A model generated the notes under the pieces. It searched no databases, was not told where the DNA came from, and was given only the letters and a program-made list of their open reading frames with translations. This document shows positions 1 through 10,351 of a stretch of DNA of 64,000 nucleotides, in pieces. The translations under genes were made by a program, and so were the position numbers. Origin of the DNA: Rikenellaceae bacterium (GTDB taxonomy: Bacteria > Bacteroidota > Bacteroidia > Bacteroidales > Rikenellaceae). The DNA is taken from NCBI GenBank assembly GCA_045637425.1, contig JAZTZL010000010.1, positions 438 through 64,437 of the forward strand. The letters are read 5' to 3'. Every line of letters begins with the position of its first letter. Position 1 is the first letter of the stretch.

Positions 1-1415
1 TCAAAGACGGCCGACCTGTATTGGTAGGTACCACATCGGTTGAAATCAGCGAATTACTCAGCAAGATGCTGACAATGCGCGGTATTAAACACAACGTGCT
101 CAATGCTAAGGAGCATATGCGCGAAGCTCAGGTCGTAGCAGAAGCAGGTCGCAGCGGCCAAGTTACTATCGCAACCAATATGGCAGGTCGTGGTACCGAC
201 ATCAAGCTCTCGACCGAAGTTCGCGAAGCAGGCGGTCTGGCAATCATCGGTACCGAGCGTCACGAATCGCGCCGCGTAGACCGTCAGTTGAGAGGTCGTG
301 CCGGTCGTCAGGGTGACCCGGGATCATCTCAATTCTTCGTATCTCTGGAAGATGACCTGATGCGTCTGTTCGGTTCGGAACGCATCGCCAAGATGATGGA
401 CCGAATGGGTATTGAAGATGGCGAGGTAATCCAAGCGTCAATGATGTCTAAGGCTATTGAGCGTGCTCAGAAGAAGGTTGAAGAAAACCACTTCGGAGTG
501 AGAAAGAGATTGCTGGAATATGACGACGTGATGAACTCGCAACGTGAGGTAGTCTATTCACGCCGCAGAAACGCACTGCACGGCGAACGCATCGAAATCG
601 ACATCAATAATATGATGATTGACTTCGCAGAGACATTTGTCAATGAACATAAAGGCGCAGACTTTGAAGAATTCAAGTTCGATTTGATTCGTCAAATTTC
701 AATCGAGCCGACATTCAATGAGGCTACATACGAAAAGGCTACCGAATCACAATTGAAAGAGTTGTTGATGAATGACTTTACATCTACGCTCAAGCGTCGT
801 ATGACTACTATTAAGAGTCAGGCTATGCCGATTTTGCGCCGCATCTACGAAGAACAGGGCGACAATATTGAAAATATCTTTGTGCCGATTACCGACGGCA
901 ACAAGGGATTCAATGTTCCCGTATCGCTGAAACGTGCAGTGGAAACAGATGGTGCCGAAATCCAAAAATCATTCTCAAAGGTATTGATGCTGTTGCTGAT
1001 TGATGAGAATTGGAAAGAACACCTGCGCGAAATGGACGAATTGCGCCACTCGGTACAGAACGCTACATACGAACAGAAAGACCCTCTGTTGATCTACAAG
1101 TTCGAATCGTATGAGTTGTTCCGCAAGATGCTGGATAAGACAAATCTCGAAGTTCTGTCTGTTCTGTTCAAGGCTTTCATTCCGATGAAACAAGAGACTT
1201 CGGCCGAAGAGTTGAGCAGAAAACAACAACCAGAACGCAAAACTACCGATATGTCGAAATTGCACACCTCGCGAATGGAAGCAGCTGCGCGTGCAGGCGA
1301 AGGCGAAAAGAGCAAACCGGCTCCGATACGAGTAGAGAAAAAAGTAGGTCGAAACGATCCTTGTCCCTGCGGCAGCGGTAAGAAATTCAAAAACTGCCAC
1401 GGCAAAGAGTTGTAA
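1..1415 (+). CDS. secA: Preprotein translocase ATPase SecA, C-terminal ~470 aa (5' end lies beyond left edge)
   Basis: Frame is open from the window edge to the stop at 1413-1415. SecA motifs [12 protein letters not shown] and [28 protein letters not shown]-terminal zinc-binding tail [14 protein letters not shown]. Confidence 0.95.
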   Translation, partial: KDGRPVLVGTTSVEISELLSKMLTMRGIKHNVLNAKEHMREAQVVAEAGRSGQVTIATNMAGRGTDIKLSTEVREAGGLAIIGTERHESRRVDRQLRGRAGRQGDPGSSQFFVSLEDDLMRLFGSERIAKMMDRMGIEDGEVIQASMMSKAIERAQKKVEENHFGVRKRLLEYDDVMNSQREVVYSRRRNALHGERIEIDINNMMIDFAETFVNEHKGADFEEFKFDLIRQISIEPTFNEATYEKATESQLKELLMNDFTSTLKRRMTTIKSQAMPILRRIYEEQGDNIENIFVPITDGNKGFNVPVSLKRAVETDGAEIQKSFSKVLMLLLIDENWKEHLREMDELRHSVQNATYEQKDPLLIYKFESYELFRKMLDKTNLEVLSVLFKAFIPMKQETSAEELSRKQQPERKTTDMSKLHTSRMEAAARAGEGEKSKPAPIRVEKKVGRNDPCPCGSGKKFKNCHGKEL

Positions 1416-1423
1416 TATAAAAC

Positions 1424-1457
1424 AAAGGTAGCCTTCAGAGCAAGGCTACCTTTATTA
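1424..1457 (+). terminator. Rho-independent terminator after secA
   Basis: 12-bp stem aaaggtagcctt / aaggctaccttt with a 6-nt loop, followed by T-rich tttatt. Starts 9 nt after the secA stop. Confidence 0.6.
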
Positions 1458-1691
1458 GTTATAATTGTAAATGGTGGCGTATGAACGAACTGAGTTTCCG
1501 ACATACGCCACTTTATTTATGCTACTTTATTCAATAGGAATCTGAATTACCGACAACCATTGTTCTGGAACATTTTGATTACACGCACCACCAATATAGC
1601 AAACACAAAGTTAATATAAGCCATTGATTGGGTACGAGTCAAGAAAAAATTAATATTTATAGTGAAATTTGTATAAAATTGCCAATATGAC

Positions 1692-1699
1692 TAACTTTG
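1692..1699 (+). promoter_or_regulatory. Bacteroidetes sigma-A type -7 box (TAACTTTG)
   Basis: Matches the TAnnTTTG consensus and lies 59 nt upstream of the ATG at 1758. Confidence 0.4.
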
Positions 1700-1757
1700 C
1701 GACCAAATTCGCCCTATATTATAATAGGTATAGAGTAATTATTTAACAGACAACAAG

Positions 1758-3434
1758 ATGACATTTTTTCAAGACTTACTATTCGGAGCTAGTGCGCAAT
1801 GGGGCGGCGGTGTCGCTCACTCGATATTGGTACTCGGATTGGCTATCGCGTTCGGCACAATGCTCGGCAAGATAAAAGTAGCAGGCATATCACTCGGCGT
1901 TACGGGTATTCTATTCGTAGGCATCGCTCTCAGCCATTTCGGAATAAACATCAACGAACACCTGATGCACTTTATGAAGGAATTCGGTTTGATTCTGTTT
2001 GTCTATTCAGTCGGGTTGCAGGTGGGTCCTGGATTCTTCTCATCGTTCCGGGAAGGGGGACTTAAACTCAACCAGCTGGCAATACTCGTAGTTCTGTTTG
2101 GCGTAATTACTACCATCGCATTGTACTACATTACAGGACTGCCTATTACCACAATGGTAGGCGTTATGTCTGGAGCCGTTACGAACACACCCGGTCTCGG
2201 TGCGGCACAATCTGCATATCGAGATATCGCAGGCGGCATCGACGCTACGGACATCGCTACGGGATATGCCGTAGCCTACCCTCTTGGTGTAATCGGAGCA
2301 ATTCTGACTCTGTTGGTGCTGCGCTATGTAATGAAAATCAACAAACAGCAGGAAGAGGCTGCAATCACAGGAAATGAGGATAAAAACAACCTTATGCAGC
2401 GTATCTCAATTGAAATCACGAATCCGTCTATCGATGGCAAAACAATCGGCCAACTGCGCCAATTATTGGTAAGAGAGTTCGTTGTATCGCGAATTTGCGC
2501 TAAGAATGGTGAGCCTAAATTAGTCAAGGCAGACACCACTCTGCACCTCTCGGACAAGATTCTGCTGGTTACGGCACACACTGATGCAGAGGCTATTGCA
2601 GCACTAATCGGCACAAAAATCGAGATGGATTGGGACGACTTATCGAAGAATATGATTTCGCGTAGGATACTGATTACCAAACACGAACTGAATGGCAAAA
2701 GACTTAAGGATTTGAACATTCGCGTAGCATACGGAGTAACAATCACCCGCGTGAATCGTGCTGGTATTGATCTGATGGCATCAGGTAATCTGCAGTTGCA
2801 ACTCGGCGACCGTGTTACGGTCGTGGGTCCGGAGCAAGCCGTAGCCAATATTGAACAAATCTTCGGCAACTCGCTGAAACGATTGCGCCACCCAAACCTC
2901 ATTCCAATATTCATCGGCATCGCGCTGGGGGTTATCCTCGGTAGTATAGCATTCCGTTTCCCAGGCATTCCACAACCTGTAAAATTGGGATTGGCAGGAG
3001 GTCCGCTTATCGTGGCAATTCTGATTGGCAGATTCGGCCCGTACTGGAAAATGGTTACATATACGACCATTAGTGCCAATTTAATGTTGCGCGAGGTGGG
3101 CATATCACTATTCCTGGCTGGAGTGGGTCTTGGCGCAGGCGAAAATTTTGTACCTACAATTATCAACGGCGGTTATATGTGGATTTTGTACGGAGCTCTG
3201 ATTACGGTAATCCCCATTCTGCTGGCAGGTCTTATTGGTAAATATTTGTTCAAGATAAACTACTACACACTGACGGGAGTCCTCTCGGGTGCATCTACAA
3301 ATCCACCAGCATTGGCATTCTCTTCGGAACAAACATCTACAGACGCACCCTCAATCGGCTATGCTACGGTCTATCCGTTGGCAATGTTCCTCAGGGTGCT
3401 TGCTGCGCAGTTACTGATACTTATATTTGCGTAA
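1758..3434 (+). CDS. Putative transporter of the YidE/YbjL (aspartate:alanine exchanger, AAE) family with two central TrkA-C/RCK-C domains
   Basis: 558 aa. Hydrophobic N- and C-terminal halves flank a soluble ~170-aa duplicated segment (IEITNPSIDGKTIGQL... and ILITKHELNGKRLKDLNIR...). Size and architecture are typical of YidE/YbjL. Confidence 0.8.
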   Translation: MTFFQDLLFGASAQWGGGVAHSILVLGLAIAFGTMLGKIKVAGISLGVTGILFVGIALSHFGININEHLMHFMKEFGLILFVYSVGLQVGPGFFSSFREGGLKLNQLAILVVLFGVITTIALYYITGLPITTMVGVMSGAVTNTPGLGAAQSAYRDIAGGIDATDIATGYAVAYPLGVIGAILTLLVLRYVMKINKQQEEAAITGNEDKNNLMQRISIEITNPSIDGKTIGQLRQLLVREFVVSRICAKNGEPKLVKADTTLHLSDKILLVTAHTDAEAIAALIGTKIEMDWDDLSKNMISRRILITKHELNGKRLKDLNIRVAYGVTITRVNRAGIDLMASGNLQLQLGDRVTVVGPEQAVANIEQIFGNSLKRLRHPNLIPIFIGIALGVILGSIAFRFPGIPQPVKLGLAGGPLIVAILIGRFGPYWKMVTYTTISANLMLREVGISLFLAGVGLGAGENFVPTIINGGYMWILYGALITVIPILLAGLIGKYLFKINYYTLTGVLSGASTNPPALAFSSEQTSTDAPSIGYATVYPLAMFLRVLAAQLLILIFA

Positions 3435-3471
3435 CTGCTACCATTTTTTAGTCAGATTAAACATAGTGTAA

Positions 3472-4119
3472 ATGAATAAACCCGAATTAATACCCAACCC
3501 AGACGGAACGTGGAATCTGGACTACCCACAGAGTACGTTAAGACCCTCGGCTGCAGCCGAACCACAACGACTCGAATCTGCAACCCGCGCTGCACTCAAA
3601 CGCTGCCCGTGGGACTTTGGCGCAGCTACGCTGCTGTCCGACCTGCTTACCGAACGTGGCGATGTACAAGAAGGGTGTCAGGTGAGATTTGATGCGCTGC
3701 AACGCGCTATCCGCCTGCTCGATACAGACGAGGAAATCGTACTCAACTGGAACGACAGACAGGCTCGAAATATGGTCGAACTTATGGCGCAGTCTGCCGT
3801 AGATCACTTCTGGATTCAGGACTTCGAAATTTGCGCTGCAGCGTGCGAAATGACCCTCGATGCAGACCCCGAAGACCACACGGGTATTACACCATATTTG
3901 TTGTATTCGTACGCGCTGCTGGAGGATTGGGATTCATTCGACGAACGACTTATGGACCTGGATCCGAGGTCGATACACTGCGAACTGCTCGAATCAATCA
4001 GAGATTTCGACAAGGGTGTCAAAACCGAAGTGGAGGTTGATGCACAAACCCGCCAACTCATTGAGCCCGTATGTCTGCAGATTCCCGAGTGGAGCAAATT
4101 ACTTAAAGAGAAAAAATAA
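3472..4119 (+). CDS. Hypothetical acidic cytoplasmic protein
   Basis: 215-aa ORF with no recognisable motif, no signal peptide and no TM segment. Its stop overlaps the next start by 1 nt (TAATG), implying co-translation with the radical SAM gene. Confidence 0.55.
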   Translation: MNKPELIPNPDGTWNLDYPQSTLRPSAAAEPQRLESATRAALKRCPWDFGAATLLSDLLTERGDVQEGCQVRFDALQRAIRLLDTDEEIVLNWNDRQARNMVELMAQSAVDHFWIQDFEICAAACEMTLDADPEDHTGITPYLLYSYALLEDWDSFDERLMDLDPRSIHCELLESIRDFDKGVKTEVEVDAQTRQLIEPVCLQIPEWSKLLKEKK

Positions 4120-5078
4120 TGACCAAAATATATCCGTGGGGCGATAGTCGCAGATATAATAGTTATTCGAGATATTTCCGAGAACTGTTCGGTGAGCGTA
4201 TCCAAAAAGTAGCTGTGAATGGTGGATTTACCTGCCCGAACCGAGATGGATTGATTTCGATTGGGGGCTGTTCGTTCTGCAACAGCGCTGCATTCTCGCC
4301 ATCGTACTGCACTCCGCAAAAGAGCATCGCCCAACAGGTCGCCGAAGGTATCGAATTCCATCGCAGACGCTACCCAAAGGCCGAGAGATATTTAGCCTAT
4401 TTTCAGACTCACTCGAATACATACGCTCCGCTCGAAAAGCTGAAGCGATTATACGAGGAGGCGCTGAGTTGTGAGGGTATTATCGGACTTGTAGTGGGTA
4501 CACGTCCCGACTGCGTAGATGAGGAGAAGTTAGATTACATAGCCACTCTGGCTCGTCAGTGCTACGTTTCGGTCGAGTATGGAATCGAATCGTGCTATGA
4601 CTCTACGCTGGCGACAATCAACCGAGGACACGACTTCGAATGCGCCCGAAAAGCTGTTGAGATGACCCACACAAGAGGCATTCACACCGGAGCGCACTTC
4701 ATCATCGGCCTGCCTGGCGAAACTCAACAGATGCTGATTGACCAGACAGATGTAATCAATACACTCCCACTTGATAGCATAAAATTCCACCAATTGCAGA
4801 TTTTCTCAGGCACACTGATGGAACGAGAATATGAGGCTGCTCCAGAGCGCTTCCACTTCCCGACAATGGAGGAATATATCGAACTATTTTCGGAGATACT
4901 CATAAGGCTCAGACCCGACATCGTAGTGGAACGTTTCGCAGGAGAAGCTCCTCCAAGATACCACCGCGCAGGGTGCGAATGGGGACTTGTGCGTAACGAA
5001 CGTCTGTGGCAATTACTCGAAAAAAAACTTGTAGAAAAAGACCTTTGGCAGGGTGCTAAGTATAGTTTCAGATGCTAG
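4119..5078 (+). CDS. Radical SAM protein, TIGR01212/YhcC-like family
   Basis: N-terminal Cys cluster CPNRDG...GGCSFCN and a TIM-barrel-like body (VEYGIESC, FIIGLPGE). 319 aa is typical for this family. Confidence 0.85.
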   Translation: MTKIYPWGDSRRYNSYSRYFRELFGERIQKVAVNGGFTCPNRDGLISIGGCSFCNSAAFSPSYCTPQKSIAQQVAEGIEFHRRRYPKAERYLAYFQTHSNTYAPLEKLKRLYEEALSCEGIIGLVVGTRPDCVDEEKLDYIATLARQCYVSVEYGIESCYDSTLATINRGHDFECARKAVEMTHTRGIHTGAHFIIGLPGETQQMLIDQTDVINTLPLDSIKFHQLQIFSGTLMEREYEAAPERFHFPTMEEYIELFSEILIRLRPDIVVERFAGEAPPRYHRAGCEWGLVRNERLWQLLEKKLVEKDLWQGAKYSFRC

Positions 5079-5145
5079 AATCGGGCGTTTGTCTACTAAT
5101 ACCTATTGTTTGCCTAAAATTTGAACAAATATATTTTTTTTGAAA

Positions 5146-5153
5146 TATCTTTG
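5146..5153 (+). promoter_or_regulatory. -7 box TATCTTTG
   Basis: TAnnTTTG match 40 nt upstream of the ATG at 5193. Confidence 0.4.
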
Positions 5154-5192
5154 TTGTTAGAATAAAATTGAAAAACTAAAAATAATATCTTT

Positions 5193-8153
5193 ATGAAGAA
5201 AAATCTATTGATCTGTTTGATTGCACTTTTTGCAACAGTATTTTCAGGTTTCGCTCAGACTCAGGAGAAGACCTCGATTCGTGGTCGCGTTCTTGACAAT
5301 GAAACTATGGAACCTATGATGGGTGCAGCTGTCGTAGCACCAAAATACAATATCGGTACAACCGTGGACAGCAAAGGTGAATTCGAATTGAAAAATGTTC
5401 CGAAGGATAAAGATCTAGAACTGAAGATTACATACATTGGTTATAAGGATTACACTCGTACACTCGACTGCTCAATTAAGGTGAACTCTATCAATGTCGG
5501 AGTTGTCAAAATGGTGGTCAAAAAAGAGATTGCACAAGAGGCAGTTGTGGAAGGTGTTGCAGCAATAGCAACTCAAGATGGTGACACAACTCGTTTCAAT
5601 ACTGCAGCAATCAAGGTTAATCCTGATGCTTACGCTGAAGACCTCGTGAAAAAACTTCCAGGTGTAGAGGTTGAAAATGGCAAGATTACGGCTCAAGGTG
5701 AAGAGGTTAAGAAATTCTACGTGGACGGTAAACGTACATTTGGTAATAACTCTCAAGCTATTATGTCTACACTTCCTGCGAACCTCGTGAAACGTATCGA
5801 TATGTATGACGAACAAGACGAACAATCAAAATTCGCAGGATACAACGATGGTCAAACTGAACGTGCATTCAACTTCGTAACTTACGGCGGCGTAGGTGGT
5901 AAAGGTGCACACTTCATTACTGCACAAGGAGGTATCGGTACTGACGAAGACGAAGAAACAAGATATGGCGCATCTCTCCGAGGCGGTATGTTCCGTGAAT
6001 GGGGTAACGCTATGTTGAATGCCAACGTAAACAACATCAATAAATCGGTATTTTCAACTGGCGACCTTTTCTCTTCTGAAAGCGAATCAACTATATCTTT
6101 CGGTCGTAATATGTATGGCCGCGGTGGCCGTGGAGGAGGTTTCGGAAATTCAGGTAAACAAAAACTCAATTCTGCGGGTGCAACATTCAATACTCAAAAT
6201 AAGAACAACCTCAGATTTGAGACTACTTATATGATGGATAACTCTGAATCGACAGGCGAATCAGAATCTCTCAGCAACTACTTCCAAACCAGCAACAGCC
6301 CTGCAAAGGAGACTTCAAGCACATCACTCAATCAAAATGAGAGAACAAATCACCGTGCAAACTTGAATATCGAAGGAAATCTGAACAGACGCAACAGAAT
6401 CCAAATCCGAAGCAGTATCAACTTCCAAAATAGCGATCAATATTCAAGAAGCGATTCATATAACTATCAACACGAATACAAAGGAACCAAAGCGGATACA
6501 ATGAACCGCAGCTGGTCAGAAAACTTCAGCAATCGTGAAGGATACCGTGCAGACATCAATGCAGAATGGATGCACCGTTTCGCTAAGGAAGGTAGAACAT
6601 TCTCGCTTGGTTTCTCTGCAAATCTGAACGACCAGGACAACGAATCAACTCGCGCTGGTAAAACTTTGATTAACCGCCAAATGGGAGATCACCTCGAAGA
6701 TGGCGCAATCAATTGGAATGCAGTAAGCAATGACCAATACACAGACAATACAACAAAGAACAACTCATTCCGCGTCAGAGCAGCATTGAGCGAACAAACA
6801 GGTCGTTACTCTCGTTTGGTATTGAACTACGTGTTCAATATGAATAGCAGCGAAAATGACCGTCTGGTTTACTCTGATGAAACAATGAAGGTCCTCTACG
6901 ACTCACTGTCTAACGTATCTTCTAGCGATGTAACTAACCACCAACTCGGTTTGGGTTACTCTTACAACAATGGTACTAACTCTATCAACATCGGTCTGAA
7001 CATCGAACATAACAAACAAGTGAAAGACCAAGAGTATCCGTCATCTACACTTGAAGAATTGCGCCACCTGAAACGCACTTACTTCAGCTGGAGACCAAAC
7101 ATCGACTACCGTTACTTCTTGAACCGTAAACGCTATTTGAACTTCCAATATAGCGGTTCAACTCAAGTTCCGTCAATCGAAAACCTTCAGGCTGTAGTTA
7201 ATAACACTAACCCACTCTCTATCTCGGTTGGTAACCCGAAACTGAAACAAGGTTATTCACACTCGTTGAGAATTTACTACAACTCGTCATCATTCAAAGA
7301 AAATAAGACAAGTTATACATACTTCTCTTTGAACGCATCTAACACCAGCAACTCAGTTGCAAACAATACCTTCACAATCAATGATGAAGAGTCATTGGCT
7401 AAGATGAATGCACTGCTCAGAGAGTATGGTGACTATGAATTGACAATGGACGAATCTCGCGGTATCCGCTTCTCTCAACCGATGAACCTTAATGGTAGAT
7501 GGAGTTTGAACTTCACAGGGGGACACAGCTTCTTCGTGCCGGTAATCAAATGTAACTTGAACTTGGGTCTGAACTACACATACAATCGTATGCCGTCATT
7601 CTACGAATCATTCAAGAATGTATCTAACTCACACAATATGAGTGCAAAAGTGACTCTCACAAGTAACATCTCTGAAAAAATCGACTTCACAGTATCATCT
7701 AACACAGGTTATACCTTTGCGAAGAATACAACAAAGACCGACTCAAAATACTTCACAGAAACTCTTAACGGTAGCGTGAAAATCATATTCCTCAAACGAA
7801 TGACATTCAGCTCGAACATCGCTTATAACTATTACGACAACTCTTCGGCTGAAAGTTACTCTGATGACTATGCACTCTGGAACGCTTCTCTGGGTGTAAA
7901 GGTATTCAAGAACAATCGTGGCGAATTCCAAATTTCGGCTAACGACATCTTGAAACAAAATACAAACTACACTCACACTATCAACGACACATACATCAGC
8001 GATACACGTTCAAACATTTTGGGTCGCTACTTTATGGCATCATTCACTTACCGATTCAGCTCAATGGATAAATTTATGGGCGGCGGTATGGGTCGCGGAA
8101 TGGGCGGAATGGGCCGAGGTATGGGCGGTATGGGTCGCGGTGGTTGGAGATAA
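5193..8153 (+). CDS. Outer-membrane beta-barrel / TonB-dependent-receptor-like protein with N-terminal CarboxypepD_reg domain
   Basis: Signal peptide MKKNLLICLIALFATVFSGFAQ. Carboxypeptidase-regulatory-like segment IRGRVLDNETMEPMMGAAV. Plug-like segment LVKKLPGVEVENGKITAQGEEVKKFYVDGKR. A long Asn/Ser/Tyr-rich alternating beta-strand region ends in SFTYRF. An unusual 30-aa Gly-Met-Arg tail follows. Confidence 0.8.
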   Translation: MKKNLLICLIALFATVFSGFAQTQEKTSIRGRVLDNETMEPMMGAAVVAPKYNIGTTVDSKGEFELKNVPKDKDLELKITYIGYKDYTRTLDCSIKVNSINVGVVKMVVKKEIAQEAVVEGVAAIATQDGDTTRFNTAAIKVNPDAYAEDLVKKLPGVEVENGKITAQGEEVKKFYVDGKRTFGNNSQAIMSTLPANLVKRIDMYDEQDEQSKFAGYNDGQTERAFNFVTYGGVGGKGAHFITAQGGIGTDEDEETRYGASLRGGMFREWGNAMLNANVNNINKSVFSTGDLFSSESESTISFGRNMYGRGGRGGGFGNSGKQKLNSAGATFNTQNKNNLRFETTYMMDNSESTGESESLSNYFQTSNSPAKETSSTSLNQNERTNHRANLNIEGNLNRRNRIQIRSSINFQNSDQYSRSDSYNYQHEYKGTKADTMNRSWSENFSNREGYRADINAEWMHRFAKEGRTFSLGFSANLNDQDNESTRAGKTLINRQMGDHLEDGAINWNAVSNDQYTDNTTKNNSFRVRAALSEQTGRYSRLVLNYVFNMNSSENDRLVYSDETMKVLYDSLSNVSSSDVTNHQLGLGYSYNNGTNSINIGLNIEHNKQVKDQEYPSSTLEELRHLKRTYFSWRPNIDYRYFLNRKRYLNFQYSGSTQVPSIENLQAVVNNTNPLSISVGNPKLKQGYSHSLRIYYNSSSFKENKTSYTYFSLNASNTSNSVANNTFTINDEESLAKMNALLREYGDYELTMDESRGIRFSQPMNLNGRWSLNFTGGHSFFVPVIKCNLNLGLNYTYNRMPSFYESFKNVSNSHNMSAKVTLTSNISEKIDFTVSSNTGYTFAKNTTKTDSKYFTETLNGSVKIIFLKRMTFSSNIAYNYYDNSSAESYSDDYALWNASLGVKVFKNNRGEFQISANDILKQNTNYTHTINDTYISDTRSNILGRYFMASFTYRFSSMDKFMGGGMGRGMGGMGRGMGGMGRGGWR

Positions 8154-8186
8154 TCACTTGACACTCAGGAATAATCGCAAACATAT

Positions 8187-9650
8187 ATGCTAAGATTCCT
8201 TTCTAAATATAAGAATATTCTATATCATTTGTTGGGGTGGACAGCTATTGTCCTCCTCAACTTTGTTATATATAAAAGCGATACGATTCGCAACTACGGC
8301 ATCACGCAGTTCTCGAACTGGCTCGCCTCTATTTTCGTATTCTATATTACATTTTTTCTCATTACTCCGAACCTGCTTTTCCGCAAACGAAGAGTCCTTT
8401 ATGCAGTGTCGCTGACACTGACTCTGGTCGGAGTATTCACTGCAGCTCGTTACATTCAAATCAATCTTTCGGAACGACAACCTCAATACTACTTAGGGCA
8501 AGGACTCGGTATGCAACGTCCCGGCCCCGTTTCGATACAACCCTCTTCGAGCAATTTAGATACAGTCAAGATATTCCCATATACTTCACTTATTGATGTG
8601 AGGTATGATAATGACACACTGAATATTTTGACCATAACAGATACAATTAAAATTTATCCGCGTCAAAGTTTCATCACGAAACATCACTCGGATACTATGA
8701 TGCTGACTAAAAATACCCGACAGACGGCTCTTACAATACGAGATGACACGCTCAATTTCTACCGAATGAAGGACAATCAATTCTTCATCGAAATGCACCC
8801 CGTAGACGCACGAGATACAGCACAATTGTTCTCATACAAGATGCAGAAGGCTCAGGGCGAGTATGTCTATCGTCGAAATAATTTTAATCCGCTGCCACTG
8901 AGAACAAGACTCAGGGTACACCCCTACTACCCGTTTAGCGAGCGTAACCTCTCGTTCACATTGATGTTGCTTATCTCAACATCTATCAGTACACTCATCA
9001 GCTTTATCAAGCGCTGGAAAGACGAAGAACAAAAAAATATAAAAGTCGAAAAAGAGAAAGTCGAAGCAGAATTAGCATACCTCAAACAACAGATTAACCC
9101 CCATTTTCTGTTCAATATTCTTAATTCAATCTACTCATTTACACTTGAATTCCCCACCCCTGCATCTGATGCAATCTTGAAATTATCATCAATGCTGCGC
9201 TATATGTTGTACAGCACTGCACAGGAAAAGGTGAGTCTGCAAGAGGAGGTTACGGTTATTTCCGACTACATCGAGTTGCAGAAACTACGACTCAACGACC
9301 ATACAAAAATCACGCTCTCAATCGTAGGGGATATAGATAAATTCAAAATCGAGCCAATGTTGTTGATTCCCATACTGGAAAATGCATTCAAATTCGGGGT
9401 AGACACAATAACCAATTCATTCATTAAGATTGACTTACGAGTATCTGAAGCGGGCATATTCCACTTTGACGTAGTGAACAGTATCGTAATCAACAATAAG
9501 AAGTCGGATAAGAATTCGGGCATCGGCATCAAAAATATTCGCCGAAGATTAGACCTTATTTACGGAAAAAACTATACCTTTGGAGTCTTGGAACAGAACG
9601 GTGTGTTCCGAGTAGTATTAAGTTTGAAACTTCAAAACATAACTCAATGA
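8187..9650 (+). CDS. Sensor histidine kinase, LytS/YehU type (His_kinase + HATPase_c)
   Basis: Three N-terminal TM segments, a ~170-aa intervening domain and a fourth TM. Then the signature LKQQINPHFLFNILNSI and an ATPase region (ILENAFKFG, GIGIKNIRRRL). Confidence 0.85.
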   Translation: MLRFLSKYKNILYHLLGWTAIVLLNFVIYKSDTIRNYGITQFSNWLASIFVFYITFFLITPNLLFRKRRVLYAVSLTLTLVGVFTAARYIQINLSERQPQYYLGQGLGMQRPGPVSIQPSSSNLDTVKIFPYTSLIDVRYDNDTLNILTITDTIKIYPRQSFITKHHSDTMMLTKNTRQTALTIRDDTLNFYRMKDNQFFIEMHPVDARDTAQLFSYKMQKAQGEYVYRRNNFNPLPLRTRLRVHPYYPFSERNLSFTLMLLISTSISTLISFIKRWKDEEQKNIKVEKEKVEAELAYLKQQINPHFLFNILNSIYSFTLEFPTPASDAILKLSSMLRYMLYSTAQEKVSLQEEVTVISDYIELQKLRLNDHTKITLSIVGDIDKFKIEPMLLIPILENAFKFGVDTITNSFIKIDLRVSEAGIFHFDVVNSIVINNKKSDKNSGIGIKNIRRRLDLIYGKNYTFGVLEQNGVFRVVLSLKLQNITQ

Positions 9651-10351
9651 GATGTCTGGCAGTAGATGATGAACCTTTGGCACTGACCGTAATACGCCAA
9701 TTTTGTAAACGTACTCCGTTCCTGACGCTGGAATGGGAGGCACTGAGTGCAATTGAAGCAAAGAAAATAATCGAATCAAACCCCGTCGATTTGATATTCC
9801 TCGACATCAATATGCCAAATATGAACGGCTTAGAATTGATTCAGGAGTTGGAAGACAAACCGTTGGTAATCTTCACTACGGCATATCCCGAATTCGCTAT
9901 TTCGGGCTATGAACTCGACGCGGTGGACTACCTGTTGAAACCATTCTCATTTGACCGATTCACAAAGGCCGTAACAAAGGCGTCGGAATTGTACACACTC
10001 AGACAGAACTCCGTAGCTACTCAGCCGAGCGAGCCTAATTACTTGATGATTCGCGTCGAGTATTCGACTGTCCGCATCGAAATTAATGAAATAGATTATA
10101 TCGAGGGATTGAAGGATTATATCAAAATCTACACCCGCAACAACAAGAACTACGTTACGAAGAGCTCGATGAAGAACATCAGCGAACGACTACCCCAAAA
10201 CTTCGTTCGTGCGCACAAATCATATATAGTGAATATGGAACGAGTATCCGCGCTGAAAAATAATATGATTATTATCGGTCAGCAACAGATACCACTCGGA
10301 GCGTCTAATAAGAATGTAGTGCTTGAGCGTTTACAGAACAATCTACTTTAA
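9647..10351 (+). CDS. LytR/AlgR-family response regulator (receiver + LytTR DNA-binding domain)
   Basis: Receiver motifs AVDDEPLAL, DLIFLDINMPNMNG and YLLKPF. C-terminal LytTR-like IDYIEGLKDYIKIYT...VRAHKSYIVN. ATGA start/stop overlap with the kinase gene. Confidence 0.9.
   Translation: MRCLAVDDEPLALTVIRQFCKRTPFLTLEWEALSAIEAKKIIESNPVDLIFLDINMPNMNGLELIQELEDKPLVIFTTAYPEFAISGYELDAVDYLLKPFSFDRFTKAVTKASELYTLRQNSVATQPSEPNYLMIRVEYSTVRIEINEIDYIEGLKDYIKIYTRNNKNYVTKSSMKNISERLPQNFVRAHKSYIVNMERVSALKNNMIIIGQQQIPLGASNKNVVLERLQNNLL

Noticed and set aside
2324-3166. 280-aa minus-strand ORF
   Set aside because: Antisense to the YidE/YbjL-type transporter gene. It is Ser/Arg/Pro-rich nonsense typical of shadow frames.
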